A stretch of 64,000 nucleotides of DNA from a bacterium BMS3Abin06 (GTDB lineage: Bacteria; Nitrospirota; Thermodesulfovibrionia; UBA6902): contig BDSY01000058.1 in assembly GCA_002897895.1 (NCBI GenBank), forward strand, positions 40,109 to 104,108, in the 5' to 3' direction. The position numbers and the translations under genes were made by a program. Positions within the stretch are counted from its first letter, which is position 1, and the number at the start of each line of letters is the position of its first letter. Shown one piece after another: positions 27,622 to 38,158 of the stretch. The notes under the pieces were generated by a model that saw only the letters and a list, made by a program, of their open reading frames with translations, had not been told where the DNA came from and ran no database searches.

Positions 27622-29283
27622 TTATTTTTGAATTTTCATCACTGCGCCTGTGCTTGCCGATGTAACCAATGATGCATAGCGTGCAAGCCAGCCCTTATTG
27701 ATCTTGGGTTTAATCGCCCTGTATGTTTTTAATCTCTTTTTTATCTCTTCATCACTGACAAGTAAATCCAGTTTTCTTTTCGGTATATTAATGCTTATTG
27801 TATCTCCATCCCTGACAACGGCAATCGGCCCGCCTTCCATTGCTTCGGGAGATACATGGCCTATGCACGGGCCCCTTGTCCCCCCGGAAAAACGCCCGTC
27901 CGTAATCAGGGCTACGGAGTCGCCCAATCCCATTCCGGCTATGGATGCGGTTGAGTTCAGCATTTCCCGCATACCCGGCCCGCCTATGGGTCCCTCATAG
28001 CGAATAACTACAACATCTCCTGCCTTGATCTTATTGCCGAGAATTGCCTTTAACGTGGCTTCTTCCGAGTTAAATACCCTTGCCCTGCCTTTAAACCGCA
28101 GCATTTTTTTGCTGACAGCCGTCTGTTTTACGACTGCGCCGTCAGGGGCAAGAGAGCCTCTTAAGACCGCGATGCCGCCTTCTTTATGGTATGCTTTCTT
28201 AAGCGGCCTGATAACTTCCGGATCCGTAATCTCGGCCTTATCGGCAATATTAAAGGTCTTCATTCCTGATACGGTATTGGTATTATTCATGCTTGATTTT
28301 AACCTCTTTAACACAGCCGGTATACCGCCTGCATATTCCAGATCCTCAAGGTAATGTGTCCCTCCGGGAAGCATGTTTGAAATATGGGGCGTATTTTTGC
28401 TGATTTCATCAAATAACTCTAAAGACAACGGGACATTTGCCTCATGTGCAATTGCCGGAATATGCAATACAGTGTTTGTTGAACCCCCGAGTGCCATATC
28501 AACCCTTATGGCATTTTCAAAGGCCTCGCCCGTCAATATCTTTCCGGGAGTTATTTTCTTTTTCACTAATTCTACTATCCTGCTTCCGCTTTCAAATGCA
28601 ATCCTCCGCTTTTTAGCGGACACTGCCAGAGCTGTTGCGCATCCGGGAAGGCTCATACCGAGAGCCTCGGTTACACAGGCCATTGTGTTTGCCGTATACA
28701 TTCCCTGGCACGAACCCGAGCCGGGACAGGCGCACATCTCAAGCTCTGCAAGGTCGGGATCACTCAAAAGTCCCTTCTTATATTTTCCTATTGCCTCAAA
28801 GGTATCATTTACGAGCGAAAGTCTTTTGCCCCTTAAGCGCCCTGAAAGCATCGGCCCTGCAGTAACAACTATTGACGGGACATTGACCCTTGCGGCTGCC
28901 ATAAGCATACCCGGAGTGATCTTGTCACAATTTGTCAGAAGCACCAGACCGTCAAGCTGATGGGCCTCGGCAATGGTCTCAACCATATCGGCTATAAGCT
29001 CCCTTGAGGCCAGGCTGTAATGCATTCCCCTGTGTCCCATGGCAATCCCGTCGCAGATGCCCGGAATGCCAAAAAAGAAGGGATAACCACCGCCCGTATG
29101 AACGCCTTTTTCAATAAACCTTTCAAGATCGCGCATGCCTGTGTGCCCTGGGATGATGTCCGTAAAGCTTGTGGCCACACCTATAAACGGTTTGCCCATT
29201 TCAGTGCGCGGGATCCCCGTGGCATAAAGTAATGCCCTGTGTGGCACCCTTTCCAGTCCTTTTTTAATTGTATTGCTTTTCAT
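27622..29283 (-). CDS. ilvD: Dihydroxy-acid dehydratase
   Basis: ILVD/EDD signature ([19 protein letters not shown]); 553 aa. Confidence 0.85.
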   Translation of the reverse strand: MKSNTIKKGLERVPHRALLYATGIPRTEMGKPFIGVATSFTDIIPGHTGMRDLERFIEKGVHTGGGYPFFFGIPGICDGIAMGHRGMHYSLASRELIADMVETIAEAHQLDGLVLLTNCDKITPGMLMAAARVNVPSIVVTAGPMLSGRLRGKRLSLVNDTFEAIGKYKKGLLSDPDLAELEMCACPGSGSCQGMYTANTMACVTEALGMSLPGCATALAVSAKKRRIAFESGSRIVELVKKKITPGKILTGEAFENAIRVDMALGGSTNTVLHIPAIAHEANVPLSLELFDEISKNTPHISNMLPGGTHYLEDLEYAGGIPAVLKRLKSSMNNTNTVSGMKTFNIADKAEITDPEVIRPLKKAYHKEGGIAVLRGSLAPDGAVVKQTAVSKKMLRFKGRARVFNSEEATLKAILGNKIKAGDVVVIRYEGPIGGPGMREMLNSTASIAGMGLGDSVALITDGRFSGGTRGPCIGHVSPEAMEGGPIAVVRDGDTISINIPKRKLDLLVSDEEIKKRLKTYRAIKPKINKGWLARYASLVTSASTGAVMKIQK

Positions 29284-29322
29284 AATGGATAAATTTGATT
29301 AACCCGGGAGAATGGCGGTCTT

Positions 29323-29535
29323 TTATTTATATTCCCTGATAAGCCGGGCCATACGGTCTTTATATTGAAGCTTCTGCTTCTGGATTTTTTTTCTCTCGAT
29401 CTCCTCATCAGGTGTAAGATATTTCTTTTTATTTATGTCTTCAAGAGATTGTTCCAGTCTTTTATGCTCCTCCTCAATTTTCCTGTATTCTTCGTTCTCA
29501 TTCCTCAAAATACTGATTATGTCCGCTTTTTTCAT
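29323..29535 (-). CDS. Small coiled-coil protein, DUF465/YdcH-like
   Basis: 70 aa, charged, with ...LTPDEEIERKKIQKQKLQYKD.... Confidence 0.4.
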   Translation of the reverse strand: MKKADIISILRNENEEYRKIEEEHKRLEQSLEDINKKKYLTPDEEIERKKIQKQKLQYKDRMARLIREYK

Positions 29536-29711
29536 ATGGGCTCCCCCTTATATGTAATAAACTGAAAAATTACCATATTCTACAGAAAATTACAAGGCCG
29601 CTGCTTTGACAAATCTCCCATATTTCACTAACATAAAAAGGATTTCGTGTTTGTTCTGTTTCCTCTTTTTTTTATGTTAACACTGATTTTTCTTAATAAA
29701 GGGTACAACTT

Positions 29712-31076
29712 ATGTTGATCGACACTCATTGCCACCTTGATATGGATGCATTTGACAATGACAGGGATGCGGTTGTCAAAAGGGCGGGGGATGCAAATAT
29801 TGAGTATATTATAAATGCAGGCTCTGACAGAGAAGGAAATATCAGGGGCATTGAATTATCGGATCAGTACCCCGATGTATTTTCCGCGGTCGGGATTCAT
29901 CCCCATGATGCAAAGACGCTGGATACGACATTATACAAGGAATTAAAGGAGTGGGCAAAAAAGCCGAAGGTCGTGGCCATCGGTGAAATCGGCCTTGATT
30001 ATCACTACCTGCACTCTCCGAAAGGCGTTCAGATAGAGGCATTCAGACAACAGATAGCCCTCGCAAGAAGCCTGGGCCTCCCTGTTATTGTTCACAGCCG
30101 GGAAGCGAAAAGTGACACGCTGCGGATACTTTGCGATGAAGTGGCTGATACACCGGGTGTTCTCCACTGCTTTTCAGGTGATATGGATATGGCTGAAAAG
30201 GCGATGGAACTCGGCCTCTATATCTCCTTTGCCGGTACGGTTACATTTAAGAACGCAGAAAAACTGAGGGAAGTCGCCCGGTTTATTCCCGATGAATTCC
30301 TGCTTATTGAAACAGATGCCCCTTACCTGAGTCCTGTGCCTGTGAGGGGCAGGAGGAATGAACCCTCTTTTTTGAAATACACTGCCGAAGTCATGGCGGA
30401 GATCAGGGACGTAAGTGTTGCGGATATAGCCAGGATAACAAGACTCAATGCCAAGCGGTTGTTCAGGATAGGGGATATTGCCGAACAGGGAGAGATAGCT
30501 TATAAAATAAGAGACTCCCTGTACCTGAATATCACAAACAGATGTACGAACAGATGCGGTTTTTGCATCAGGTTCCGCACAAGTTATGTAAAAGGGCACA
30601 ACCTGCGCCTTGAAAGAGAACCTTCGGCATTGCAGGTTATCAAGGCCATCAAAGATCCGGGGTCATATAAAGAGATTGTCTTCTGCGGAATCGGTGAACC
30701 GTTTCTGAGGCTTGACCTTGTAAAAAAGGTCTCTAAGTGGGTCAGGGAACAGGGCGGCTCAGTCAGGATAAACACTAACGGCCACGGTAATATGATTCAC
30801 GGCAGAAACATACTGCCTGAACTAAAAGGTATTGTGGACAGCCTTTCCATCAGCCTTGATGCAGAGGATGAGGAGAAGTACAGAAAAATCTGTAAACCTG
30901 AAATGAAAGATGCCTTCAAAGGAGTTATATCATTCATCGAAGAGGCTAAAAAATATATTCCGGACGTAAAAGTTACAGTTGTCAAGGTGCCTCAGATAAA
31001 TATGGACAAATGTTATGCACTTGCAAAAAATTTAGGCGTTAAACTGAGTGTGAGAAAGTTTAATGTGGTGGGGTGA
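29712..31076 (+). CDS. TatD-family metal-dependent hydrolase fused to a C-terminal radical SAM domain
   Basis: N-terminal MLIDTHCHLD TatD signature. C-terminal half has NITNRCTNRCGFC (CxxxCxxC). Confidence 0.7.
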   Translation: MLIDTHCHLDMDAFDNDRDAVVKRAGDANIEYIINAGSDREGNIRGIELSDQYPDVFSAVGIHPHDAKTLDTTLYKELKEWAKKPKVVAIGEIGLDYHYLHSPKGVQIEAFRQQIALARSLGLPVIVHSREAKSDTLRILCDEVADTPGVLHCFSGDMDMAEKAMELGLYISFAGTVTFKNAEKLREVARFIPDEFLLIETDAPYLSPVPVRGRRNEPSFLKYTAEVMAEIRDVSVADIARITRLNAKRLFRIGDIAEQGEIAYKIRDSLYLNITNRCTNRCGFCIRFRTSYVKGHNLRLEREPSALQVIKAIKDPGSYKEIVFCGIGEPFLRLDLVKKVSKWVREQGGSVRINTNGHGNMIHGRNILPELKGIVDSLSISLDAEDEEKYRKICKPEMKDAFKGVISFIEEAKKYIPDVKVTVVKVPQINMDKCYALAKNLGVKLSVRKFNVVG

Positions 31077-31140
31077 AAAAAGTAAGGGCAATTCATGAAT
31101 TGCCCCTGCATCTTACCTGCCCGGTTTTTGCTACATTAAG

Positions 31141-31169
31141 GTTGCATTGATTTTTAATGGCTGATATGA
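31141..31169 (+). promoter_or_regulatory. Sigma70-like promoter TTGCAT-17-TATGAT for the rpsF-ssb-rpsR operon
   Basis: Read directly. A leader hairpin GCCCTTAC...GTAAGGGC follows at ~31190..31214. Confidence 0.45.
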
Positions 31170-31257
31170 TATAAAACTATACTCTTTGCCCTTACCTTAC
31201 CGGAGTAAGGGCTTATCTTTCCATAGAGGGAAGAATCAATCCAGAAGGAGGTATTGA

Positions 31258-31686
31258 ATGAATTATTACGAAAAAATCGTAATCCTTGACCCGAATCTTG
31301 AAGACAATGCGGTTGACGAAACGGTTGAGAGGATCAAGGATTTAATTGTCAGGCACGGCGGTGAGATTTTTAAAACGGAAAAATGGGGCCGCCGTAAATT
31401 AGCTTACGAGTTGAATAAACACCAGAAGGGCAACTATATACTTCTCCTGTTTAAGTCCCCTCCTTCAACAATCCTTGAACTCGAAAAATTATCTAAAGTG
31501 GTTGACCCTATTATCAAGTTTATGGTTGTAAAGCTGACAAACAAGAAACAAATAGCAGCTATAGCACAATCTGCGACTGAAACAGCTGCCAAAGAAGCCG
31601 CCGTAGAAGAAACAACGACTGCCCCGGAAAAGCCTGCAGAAGCAGGGGAGGTTGCGCCGCCGCAGGAGGAGATGAAAAATGTTTAA
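31258..31686 (+). CDS. rpsF: 30S ribosomal protein S6 (with acidic/Ala-Pro-rich C-terminal extension)
   Basis: MNYYEKIVILDPNLEDN...GRRKLAY. Confidence 0.85.
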   Translation: MNYYEKIVILDPNLEDNAVDETVERIKDLIVRHGGEIFKTEKWGRRKLAYELNKHQKGNYILLLFKSPPSTILELEKLSKVVDPIIKFMVVKLTNKKQIAAIAQSATETAAKEAAVEETTTAPEKPAEAGEVAPPQEEMKNV

Positions 31687-32080
31687 TAAAATTATTCTTA
31701 TCGGTAATCTGACAAGAGACCCTGAAATGAGATATACACCGCAGGGGACTTCTGTCTGCAATTTCGGCATTGCTGTTAATCGTAAGTATAAACAGGGCGA
31801 AGAGGCAAAAGAAGAGGTTACATTTATAAATGTGGTTGTATTCGGCAAGCATGCGGACGTATGCGGACAATACCTGAATAAGGGCAGGTCCGTGCTTGTT
31901 GAGGGGAGGCTGCAGGAGAGACGCTGGGAGACGGAAGACGGGCAGAAAAGAAGCAAGCATGAGGTTGTCGCCCAGAGCGTACTTTTCCTTTCAAAGAAAC
32001 AGGGTCCCGCTGATATGGACTCTCCTGGAGGGGGAGAGGCCGCCGCACCGGTAGAAACCACTGATATAGAGCCTTTTTAA
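31679..32080 (+). CDS. ssb: Single-stranded DNA-binding protein
   Basis: OB-fold SSB pattern MFNKIILIGNLTRDPEMRYT and acidic C-terminal tip DIEPF. Confidence 0.85.
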   Translation: MFNKIILIGNLTRDPEMRYTPQGTSVCNFGIAVNRKYKQGEEAKEEVTFINVVVFGKHADVCGQYLNKGRSVLVEGRLQERRWETEDGQKRSKHEVVAQSVLFLSKKQGPADMDSPGGGEAAAPVETTDIEPF

Positions 32081-32107
32081 GAATAATTCAGGAAAAGGAG
32101 TTTAAAA

Positions 32108-32332
32108 TTGCATTACAGAAGATACCAGAGAAGAAAGTACTGCAGGTTCTGTGCAGACAAAGTAGATTTAATAGACTATAAAGACATGAAGACCCTGAGA
32201 AATTATGTTACGGAGAGAGGCAAAATCATTGCCGGCAGAATGACCGGCAACTGCGCAAAACATCAGAGGGCCCTGACAAGGGCTGTTAAGAGGGCGAGAA
32301 CCATAGCCCTTCTGCCGTTTATAGAGAAATAA
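32108..32332 (+). CDS. rpsR: 30S ribosomal protein S18
   Basis: YCRFC...Y.D...LR.Y..E.GKI...R.TG..AKHQR.L..A.KRAR; TTG start after SD AAAAGGAG. Confidence 0.85.
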   Translation: MHYRRYQRRKYCRFCADKVDLIDYKDMKTLRNYVTERGKIIAGRMTGNCAKHQRALTRAVKRARTIALLPFIEK

Positions 32333-32613
32333 TGAGAATTCCAAAAGGCCGGGTTACTGTTTTAGCGAAGGAGATAATTGAAGAGCTCCTGAGGAGGGAG
32401 CAGATTGATCTGAAAATCTCCAGGGAAGAGGCGGTTGCATTGATAGAAGGATTGCTGCTTGAAGAGCTGATGGTGGAAGACAGGCTGAATGCTGAAGTGA
32501 GAGAAATTTTAAAGCAATATGATTCTGAAATTGAAAAAGGACGCCTTGATTACCGCAGGCTTTTTGAAATGACGAAGCATAAGCTCATTAAAGAACGGAA
32601 TATTATTTTATGA
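32332..32613 (+). CDS. Small conserved hypothetical protein (tandem paralogue A; possibly DUF507-like)
   Basis: 93 aa; similar by eye to the next ORF. Confidence 0.35.
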   Translation: MRIPKGRVTVLAKEIIEELLRREQIDLKISREEAVALIEGLLLEELMVEDRLNAEVREILKQYDSEIEKGRLDYRRLFEMTKHKLIKERNIIL

Positions 32614-32888
32614 GACTTTCCGATGACAAGGTAAGCCACCTTACACATATCATACTGAAGGGACTGCTTGATAAGGGCGCCGTTACCCCCCTTGAAGAGG
32701 AAGGGCAGATCAGGCGTGAAATCAGAAGAGTCATAGTGAAAGAGTTGAAGATTGCAGAGGATATAGATGAGCTGGTCAAAAGGAAACTGCAGTCTTATTC
32801 AAAGAAGATATACGAGGGCGGTTCCGAATGGGAAGTCCTGTATAACAAGTTCTATGAAGAAGAAGCCGCTAAAAAGGGCAGATCTTAA
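32610..32888 (+). CDS. Small conserved hypothetical protein (tandem paralogue B)
   Basis: 92 aa; overlaps the previous stop. Confidence 0.35.
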   Translation: MRLSDDKVSHLTHIILKGLLDKGAVTPLEEEGQIRREIRRVIVKELKIAEDIDELVKRKLQSYSKKIYEGGSEWEVLYNKFYEEEAAKKGRS

Positions 32889-32978
32889 AACTCAGGGACA
32901 TCCTGGTTTTTCCTTTCACAACCGCCAAACCGCAAACTCATTAAATCCGGCATCATTCATACGGAGGTCATTTCTATA

Positions 32979-34895
32979 ATGAACGCAACACAGAAGTTAA
33001 TATCATCACATCTCGAATCAGGAAAAATGAATGCCGGTGAAGAGATTGCAATATCAATCGACCAGACATTGACCCAGGATGCAACGGGGACAATGGCGTA
33101 TCTTGAATTTGAGGCAATGGGCATCCCAAAGGTAAAGACAAAGCTGTCGGTAAGCTATGTTGACCATAATACACTTCAGACAGGATTTGAGAATGCCGAT
33201 GACCACAGATTCTTAAAGACGATAGCAGGCAAATACGGAATTTATTTTTCAAGACCCGGAAACGGCATCTGCCACCAGGTCCACCTCGAAAGATTCTCGC
33301 GGCCCGGGCAGACTCTTTTAGGTTCAGACAGCCACACACCAAACGCAGGCGCTGCAGGTATGCTCGCCATAGGCGCAGGCGGGCTTTCTGTAGCCCTTGC
33401 AATGGCCGGAGAGGCGTTCTGGCTGGTGATGCCTGAAGTTTTACACATAAAACTTACAGGCACATGCCAAAGGGGAGTAAGCGCAAAAGATATAATCCTT
33501 GAAGTCCTCAGAAGATTGAGTGTAAAGGGCGGTGTCGGCAAGATTATTGAATACGGCGGTGTCGGCATAAAGAACCTCACCATACCCGAAAGGGCAACAA
33601 TAACAAACATGGGCGCTGAACTCGGAGCCACATCCTCTGTTTTCCCTTCAGATGAGCAGACCCTGGCCTTTTTCAGGGCAGAGGGACGTGAAAGTGACTG
33701 GAAGGAACTTAAGCCTGACCCGGACGCTGAATATGATGAAGAGATAATTATAGATCTTGATGCCCTGGAACCCCTCATAGCTGCCCCGTCAAGTCCTGAT
33801 AATGTGAAGCTCGTAAAAGATGTCGAAGGGAAGCCGGTGAGGCAGGTTTGCATAGGGAGCTGCGTTAATTCCTCTTTTGCCGATCTCATGATTGCAGCAA
33901 AAATACTTAAAGACAACAAGGTTCATCCTGATGTAAGTCTTGCAATCAGTCCAGGCTCGCGGCAGGCATTACAGATGATTACAGAAAACGGGGCATTGGC
34001 AGATCTCATATCAGCCGGTGCAAGAGTCCTTGAATGTACTTGCGGTCCATGCATTGGAATGGGGCAGTCGCCTGCAACAGGTACAATAACGCTCAGGACC
34101 TTTAACAGGAATTTTCCCGGCAGAAGCGGTACGCCTGATGACCGGGCTTATCTCTGCAGTCCTCTGACAGCGGCAGCCTCTGCAATTACCGGTAAGATAA
34201 CAGACCCCCGGGATATTGTGAAAGAACCCATAAGGATTTCCCTTCCCGGGAAATATACTATAGACGATTCAATGATTATCCCGCCTTCGGATGAGCCGGG
34301 GGAAGTTGTGATTGAGAGAGGCCCCAACATCAAACCATTCCCTGTAAAAGGGGCGCTTGAGGAATCCTTAAAAGCAGTGGTGATATTGAAAGTCGGTGAC
34401 AATATTACAACTGATGACATCATGCCGGCCGGCGCAAAGATTCTGCCCTTAAGATCAAATATCCCTGCTATATCCGAATATGTATTTTCAAAAGTAGATG
34501 CTACATTCCCTGCCAGGGCCAGGTCTCAGGGCAGTGGAATTATTCTTGGGGGAATAAACTATGGCCAGGGGTCAAGCAGGGAACATGCAGCCCTTGCGCC
34601 GATGTATCTCGGCATCAAGGTCGTGCTTGCCAAGTCCTTTGCGCGTATCCACAGGGACAACCTGATAAATTTCGGCATTATTCCATTAACTGTTTCTCCG
34701 GAGGTATATGATTCCTTTGAACAGGATGCTGAAATAGAGTTTCCGAACCTTGCTAAAGAAGTAAGGGAATCGTCGGAAATAACTTTTGCAGATATCAATA
34801 AAGGTGAAACATACTCGGCAGAACACGGCCTTACAGCAAGGCAGAGGGGAATAATTTTAGCCGGTGGATTGCTCAATTATGTAAGGGGAAAATAA
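32979..34895 (+). CDS. Aconitase-family hydratase (fused catalytic and swivel domains, ~640-aa class)
   Basis: SDSHTPNAGAAG and other aconitase Fe-S ligand-region motifs; 638 aa. Confidence 0.7.
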   Translation: MNATQKLISSHLESGKMNAGEEIAISIDQTLTQDATGTMAYLEFEAMGIPKVKTKLSVSYVDHNTLQTGFENADDHRFLKTIAGKYGIYFSRPGNGICHQVHLERFSRPGQTLLGSDSHTPNAGAAGMLAIGAGGLSVALAMAGEAFWLVMPEVLHIKLTGTCQRGVSAKDIILEVLRRLSVKGGVGKIIEYGGVGIKNLTIPERATITNMGAELGATSSVFPSDEQTLAFFRAEGRESDWKELKPDPDAEYDEEIIIDLDALEPLIAAPSSPDNVKLVKDVEGKPVRQVCIGSCVNSSFADLMIAAKILKDNKVHPDVSLAISPGSRQALQMITENGALADLISAGARVLECTCGPCIGMGQSPATGTITLRTFNRNFPGRSGTPDDRAYLCSPLTAAASAITGKITDPRDIVKEPIRISLPGKYTIDDSMIIPPSDEPGEVVIERGPNIKPFPVKGALEESLKAVVILKVGDNITTDDIMPAGAKILPLRSNIPAISEYVFSKVDATFPARARSQGSGIILGGINYGQGSSREHAALAPMYLGIKVVLAKSFARIHRDNLINFGIIPLTVSPEVYDSFEQDAEIEFPNLAKEVRESSEITFADINKGETYSAEHGLTARQRGIILAGGLLNYVRGK

Positions 34896-34946
34896 AAAAG
34901 CTTGCAAAACTCCTGAGAATGTTATATTTATATAAAGAATTATCTT

Positions 34947-35100
34947 TAATTAGTGTCTGTGTATAAATTGCTATTTTATTCCTGTCATGCCCGAAGTCTT
35001 TAATCGGGCATCCAGAACTCATTAGAAAAGACTGGATTCCGGCTTAAGGACTGCCGGAATGACAGACAGGCACATTGAGTTTATACACAGACACTAATTA
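34947..35100. mobile_element. MITE-like element, copy 1 (154 bp, perfect 21-bp terminal inverted repeats TAATTAGTGTCTGTGTATAAA)
   Basis: TIRs read directly. An internal secondary inverted repeat is present. A second copy lies at 44476..44630. Confidence 0.65.
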
Positions 35101-35140
35101 GTTAAGAGAGATAAATTTTTATGGAAAGGGGGGTTCGACT

Positions 35141-35488
35141 ATGAGATTATTACTCGTGCTGTTAAGTTTGCTTGTCTTCGTGATGGCTGGATGTACTACT
35201 ACTTATGTGATGAAATCCGGGGACAAGATGCTGCTGGAAAATGCAATAAATGCAGCAAAAGATGCAAAGTCTTCTGCTGAAGATGCGTCCTCTGCTGCAA
35301 GTAATGCATCAATGAAAGCAGACAAGGCGGAAAGAGCTGCTAACAGAGCGGAAGGCGCAGCTGACAGAGCTGGAAATGCGGCAGACAGAGCGGAAAGGGC
35401 TGCAAACAGAGCGGAGCGCGCGGCTGATGATGCTGCATCAGCGGCTGAAAAGTCTGTCAAGGCATTTGAAATGAAACAGATGAAATAA
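35141..35488 (+). CDS. Lpp-like alanine-rich coiled-coil lipoprotein
   Basis: Signal peptide plus lipobox (VMAGC), then repeated AERAANRAE heptad-like units. Confidence 0.6.
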   Translation: MRLLLVLLSLLVFVMAGCTTTYVMKSGDKMLLENAINAAKDAKSSAEDASSAASNASMKADKAERAANRAEGAADRAGNAADRAERAANRAERAADDAASAAEKSVKAFEMKQMK

Positions 35489-35489
35489 A

Positions 35490-36368
35490 TTACCTTGAAA
35501 TCACGGCAGGAAGCCCTGTTGCACTTTTTATTGCGTGAATCATCAGTTGTGTGTCAACATATTTAAGCAGGCGCTTCCTGCCGAGATTTTTTACGGCAAG
35601 CATCATAAGTTCCGGGTCTTCTATCCCCGAACGGTGAACCTCAATATAAACCTTATTGTTATACATGCCTGTCTTTACCGGTTCGTTTAATATCTTAACC
35701 GGTGTTCCCGGTTTGATGAATTTAAATAGTGTTTTTATATCCTCAGGATAAAGCCTGATGCAGCCGTGGCTCACTCTGCGTCCAATTCCATACGGCCTGT
35801 TTGTACCGTGTATCCCATAACCGTTTACTGAAAGCTGCAGCCAGTATCCGCCAAGGGGATTGTCAGGGCCGGGTGGAACAAAGGCCGGCAGTTCAGGGTT
35901 TTCTTCCCTGATATTATCCGGAACATGCCAGACCGGGTCTTTGACTTTCAGAGTTACTCTGAAAATACCCGTGGGGGTATTGAATCCCTGTCTCCCGATG
36001 CCTATCGGGTAAGTCGTAACATATTTACGGTTATTTAAAATAAAAAAATAATATAGCCTCATTTCTGCAAGGTTAATTATCAGGCCGTCATCTAAAATCT
36101 CCGGAAGAAGCCATGAAGTCGGTATTATTATTCTGCTTCCGTTATCAGGCACCCAGGGATCACTGTTACTGTTGGCAGCAGCAATTTCGTTAAATCCTAC
36201 GTCATATTCCCTGGCAAGCTTAATAAGTGTCTCATCGTCTTGTATCGTATATGTTCTGTTAACACCTATAATCAATTTGGACGGGTTATCAAGAGGAAAG
36301 ACGCCGGAGCCATATATATTTGAAACGGCAAGTAATAAGAGAGCCACTGTTAAGGTCAGGATACGCAT
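35490..36368 (-). CDS. L,D-transpeptidase (YkuD/ErfK family) with N-terminal LysM domain
   Basis: HGCIRL catalytic motif, a LysM-like segment and a signal peptide. Confidence 0.75.
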   Translation of the reverse strand: MRILTLTVALLLLAVSNIYGSGVFPLDNPSKLIIGVNRTYTIQDDETLIKLAREYDVGFNEIAAANSNSDPWVPDNGSRIIIPTSWLLPEILDDGLIINLAEMRLYYFFILNNRKYVTTYPIGIGRQGFNTPTGIFRVTLKVKDPVWHVPDNIREENPELPAFVPPGPDNPLGGYWLQLSVNGYGIHGTNRPYGIGRRVSHGCIRLYPEDIKTLFKFIKPGTPVKILNEPVKTGMYNNKVYIEVHRSGIEDPELMMLAVKNLGRKRLLKYVDTQLMIHAIKSATGLPAVISR

Positions 36369-36529
36369 GCTTAATAATAAATTATTTTTTTATCTTTTTT
36401 CCTGAAAGTATTAAATTGCACACTGTTGGGTGACCTGGGATTCCACCGAAATATCGTTTGCATCGACCGGCTACATAACGTGCTTAATTTAGGTTACCTG
36501 TAGTGGTATGATTTGTTATAATTAATCCC

Positions 36530-36931
36530 ATGAAGAAAGCTACTACAAACTGGTTACTATCAATGGAGTACGACTTAAAAACCGCCGCATCATTATTAAA
36601 AAACAAGAGATATATCTATGTGGTCTTTATGTGCCATCTTGCCATAGAGAAAGCCCTGAAAGCGATACTTTCAGAGATGCATAAAGAACTGCCGCCGTAT
36701 ACCCATAATATCAATCGACTGATAGAGTTAGGAACTATATCACTACCTGACACCTATCAGGTTTTTATTGACAAAATCAATCTCCAGAGTGTACCAACAA
36801 GATATCCTGAGGATTTTCAGAAAATTTCAAAAGAATTCAATAAAAAGATCGCTGAAGATTATTTAAAGCAAACAAGGGGAATAATAAGATGGTTAAAGCA
36901 AAATATACCACAACTGAAATCAAAAAAATAG
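36530..36931 (+). CDS. HEPN-domain protein (toxin-like partner of the MNT)
   Basis: CHLAIEKALKA helix typical of HEPN; 133 aa. Confidence 0.6.
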   Translation: MKKATTNWLLSMEYDLKTAASLLKNKRYIYVVFMCHLAIEKALKAILSEMHKELPPYTHNINRLIELGTISLPDTYQVFIDKINLQSVPTRYPEDFQKISKEFNKKIAEDYLKQTRGIIRWLKQNIPQLKSKK

Positions 36932-37230
36932 TAAGAGCTTTGGTTGAAATACTTATTACAAATAACATAGCTGTCGATAAAATAATATTGTACGGTTCTT
37001 ACGCCACCGGCAGACCTCGTAACCATTCAGACATAGACATAGCAGTGATTTCACCTTCTTTTAACGGGAAGAAAATTCTGGAAATTCAGGAAGAACTTGC
37101 AAAGGCATTTTCAAAATATCTGTCAATAATAGAACCTGTTGGATATTCATCAGAAGATTTCCGGGCTGCTGAACCGGAGACCCTGCTCGGTGAAATTAAG
37201 AAGGCAGGAAAGATACTGTATGCTGCTTGA
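36889..37230 (+). CDS. Minimal nucleotidyltransferase (MNT) domain protein
   Basis: LYGSYATG....SDIDIAV (GSx9-13DxD); overlaps the HEPN gene by 43 nt. Confidence 0.7.
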   Translation: MVKAKYTTTEIKKIVRALVEILITNNIAVDKIILYGSYATGRPRNHSDIDIAVISPSFNGKKILEIQEELAKAFSKYLSIIEPVGYSSEDFRAAEPETLLGEIKKAGKILYAA

Positions 37231-37269
37231 AAAGCAGACAACCATAAGATGCTGATGGATGCATCAGAT

Positions 37270-37592
37270 ATAGACATACTGTATCTGCAATGCAGAGTCA
37301 AATTTGGCAGCGAATTGCTGATAATGACTCGCACAAAGTGTTGATTTCTAATTGACAAACATGCTTGCCATGATATATAAAATGATACTGCTGATTCACC
37401 AAAACCAAAATAAGCTCCAATTTCCCTTAATGGAGAGCCATTAAATCTATGGCTTGCATATATCGTCACCTTTTTCGCAATTGATTCATCGTAAAAAAGA
37501 TTCGTCACCTTTTTATATATTGACTCAATATTTTCAACTTTTCTGATCTCTCTCATTGCAGGAAAATCTCTGTCCTTGTTTTTCAGATTCAT
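37270..37592 (-). CDS. Hypothetical HTH protein with a DnaA domain-IV-like segment (possibly truncated)
   Basis: ...LREIGAYFGFGESAVS... resembles the DnaA C-terminal HTH. The upstream ORF-track extension overlaps the MNT gene, so only the N-terminal ~107 codons are called. Confidence 0.25.
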
Positions 37593-37722
37593 GTTCTATG
37601 GTTATTTGGGCAACAACCCGTAAAGATGCGACACCACAAAGAGAGAAAGAAGATTTTTCAGTGGCTTAATGCATTAAGCAGTTGTTAAGATATGCAAAAA
37701 ATAATAATGGAAATGAGAGGGG

Positions 37723-37840
37723 ACAGAACACTGAAAGGACAATTTCAGCAGCCTGTCAGGGGCTGATCCCGTTCAGTCTCCGTTGGATATTATGTTGATA
37801 TTTGAAATGGTTCTTATAGCATGCATTCTCGTCGCAGGTA
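37723..37840. repeat. 118-bp direct repeat copy A (diverged duplicate of the promoter and 5' end of the gene at 38500)
   Basis: 111/118 identical to 38440..38557. Encodes a truncated MDIMLIFEMVLIACILVAG... Confidence 0.8.
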
Positions 37841-37915
37841 CTCGTCAGACGTTTAGCCTTAAGGAATAAATGTTGAAACAATCTGATACTATTACTGATA
37901 TAATGATAAAATAAT

Positions 37916-38158
37916 ATGAAAGCAACAGAATATTTCAAATACATTCGAAAAAGGCCGGATAGGAGTATTATTAAAGATGAATGGATTGAGAAGGTTATCA
38001 ACTATCCATTGAAAGAGGAAATTCAATCAGATGGAAGAATCAGGAGATGGGCAAAAATAGAAGAAATGGACGGAAGAGCATTGAGGGTTATATTGTTAAG
38101 TGATGGAGAAACTGTTCATAATACATTTTTCGATAGATCATTCAAGGAGGATCGATAA
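37916..38158 (+). CDS. DUF4258-like small protein (putative toxin)
   Basis: 80 aa with a ...GRALRVILLSDGETVHNTFFDR tail. Confidence 0.45.
   Translation: MKATEYFKYIRKRPDRSIIKDEWIEKVINYPLKEEIQSDGRIRRWAKIEEMDGRALRVILLSDGETVHNTFFDRSFKEDR

Noticed and set aside
31489-32061. 190-aa and 133-aa minus-strand ORFs, plus 31824..32048
   Set aside because: They lie antisense to rpsF and ssb. They are Cys/Ser/Leu-rich shadow ORFs.
33242-33919. 225-aa minus-strand ORF (and 34148..34423, 34559..34876)
   Set aside because: They lie antisense to the aconitase-family gene.
35203-35460. 85-aa minus-strand Ala/Ser-rich ORF
   Set aside because: It is the antisense shadow of the repetitive Lpp-like lipoprotein gene.
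37756-38001. 81-aa minus-strand ORF
   Set aside because: It overlaps direct-repeat copy A and the start of the DUF4258-like gene. It has no RBS and low-complexity sequence.
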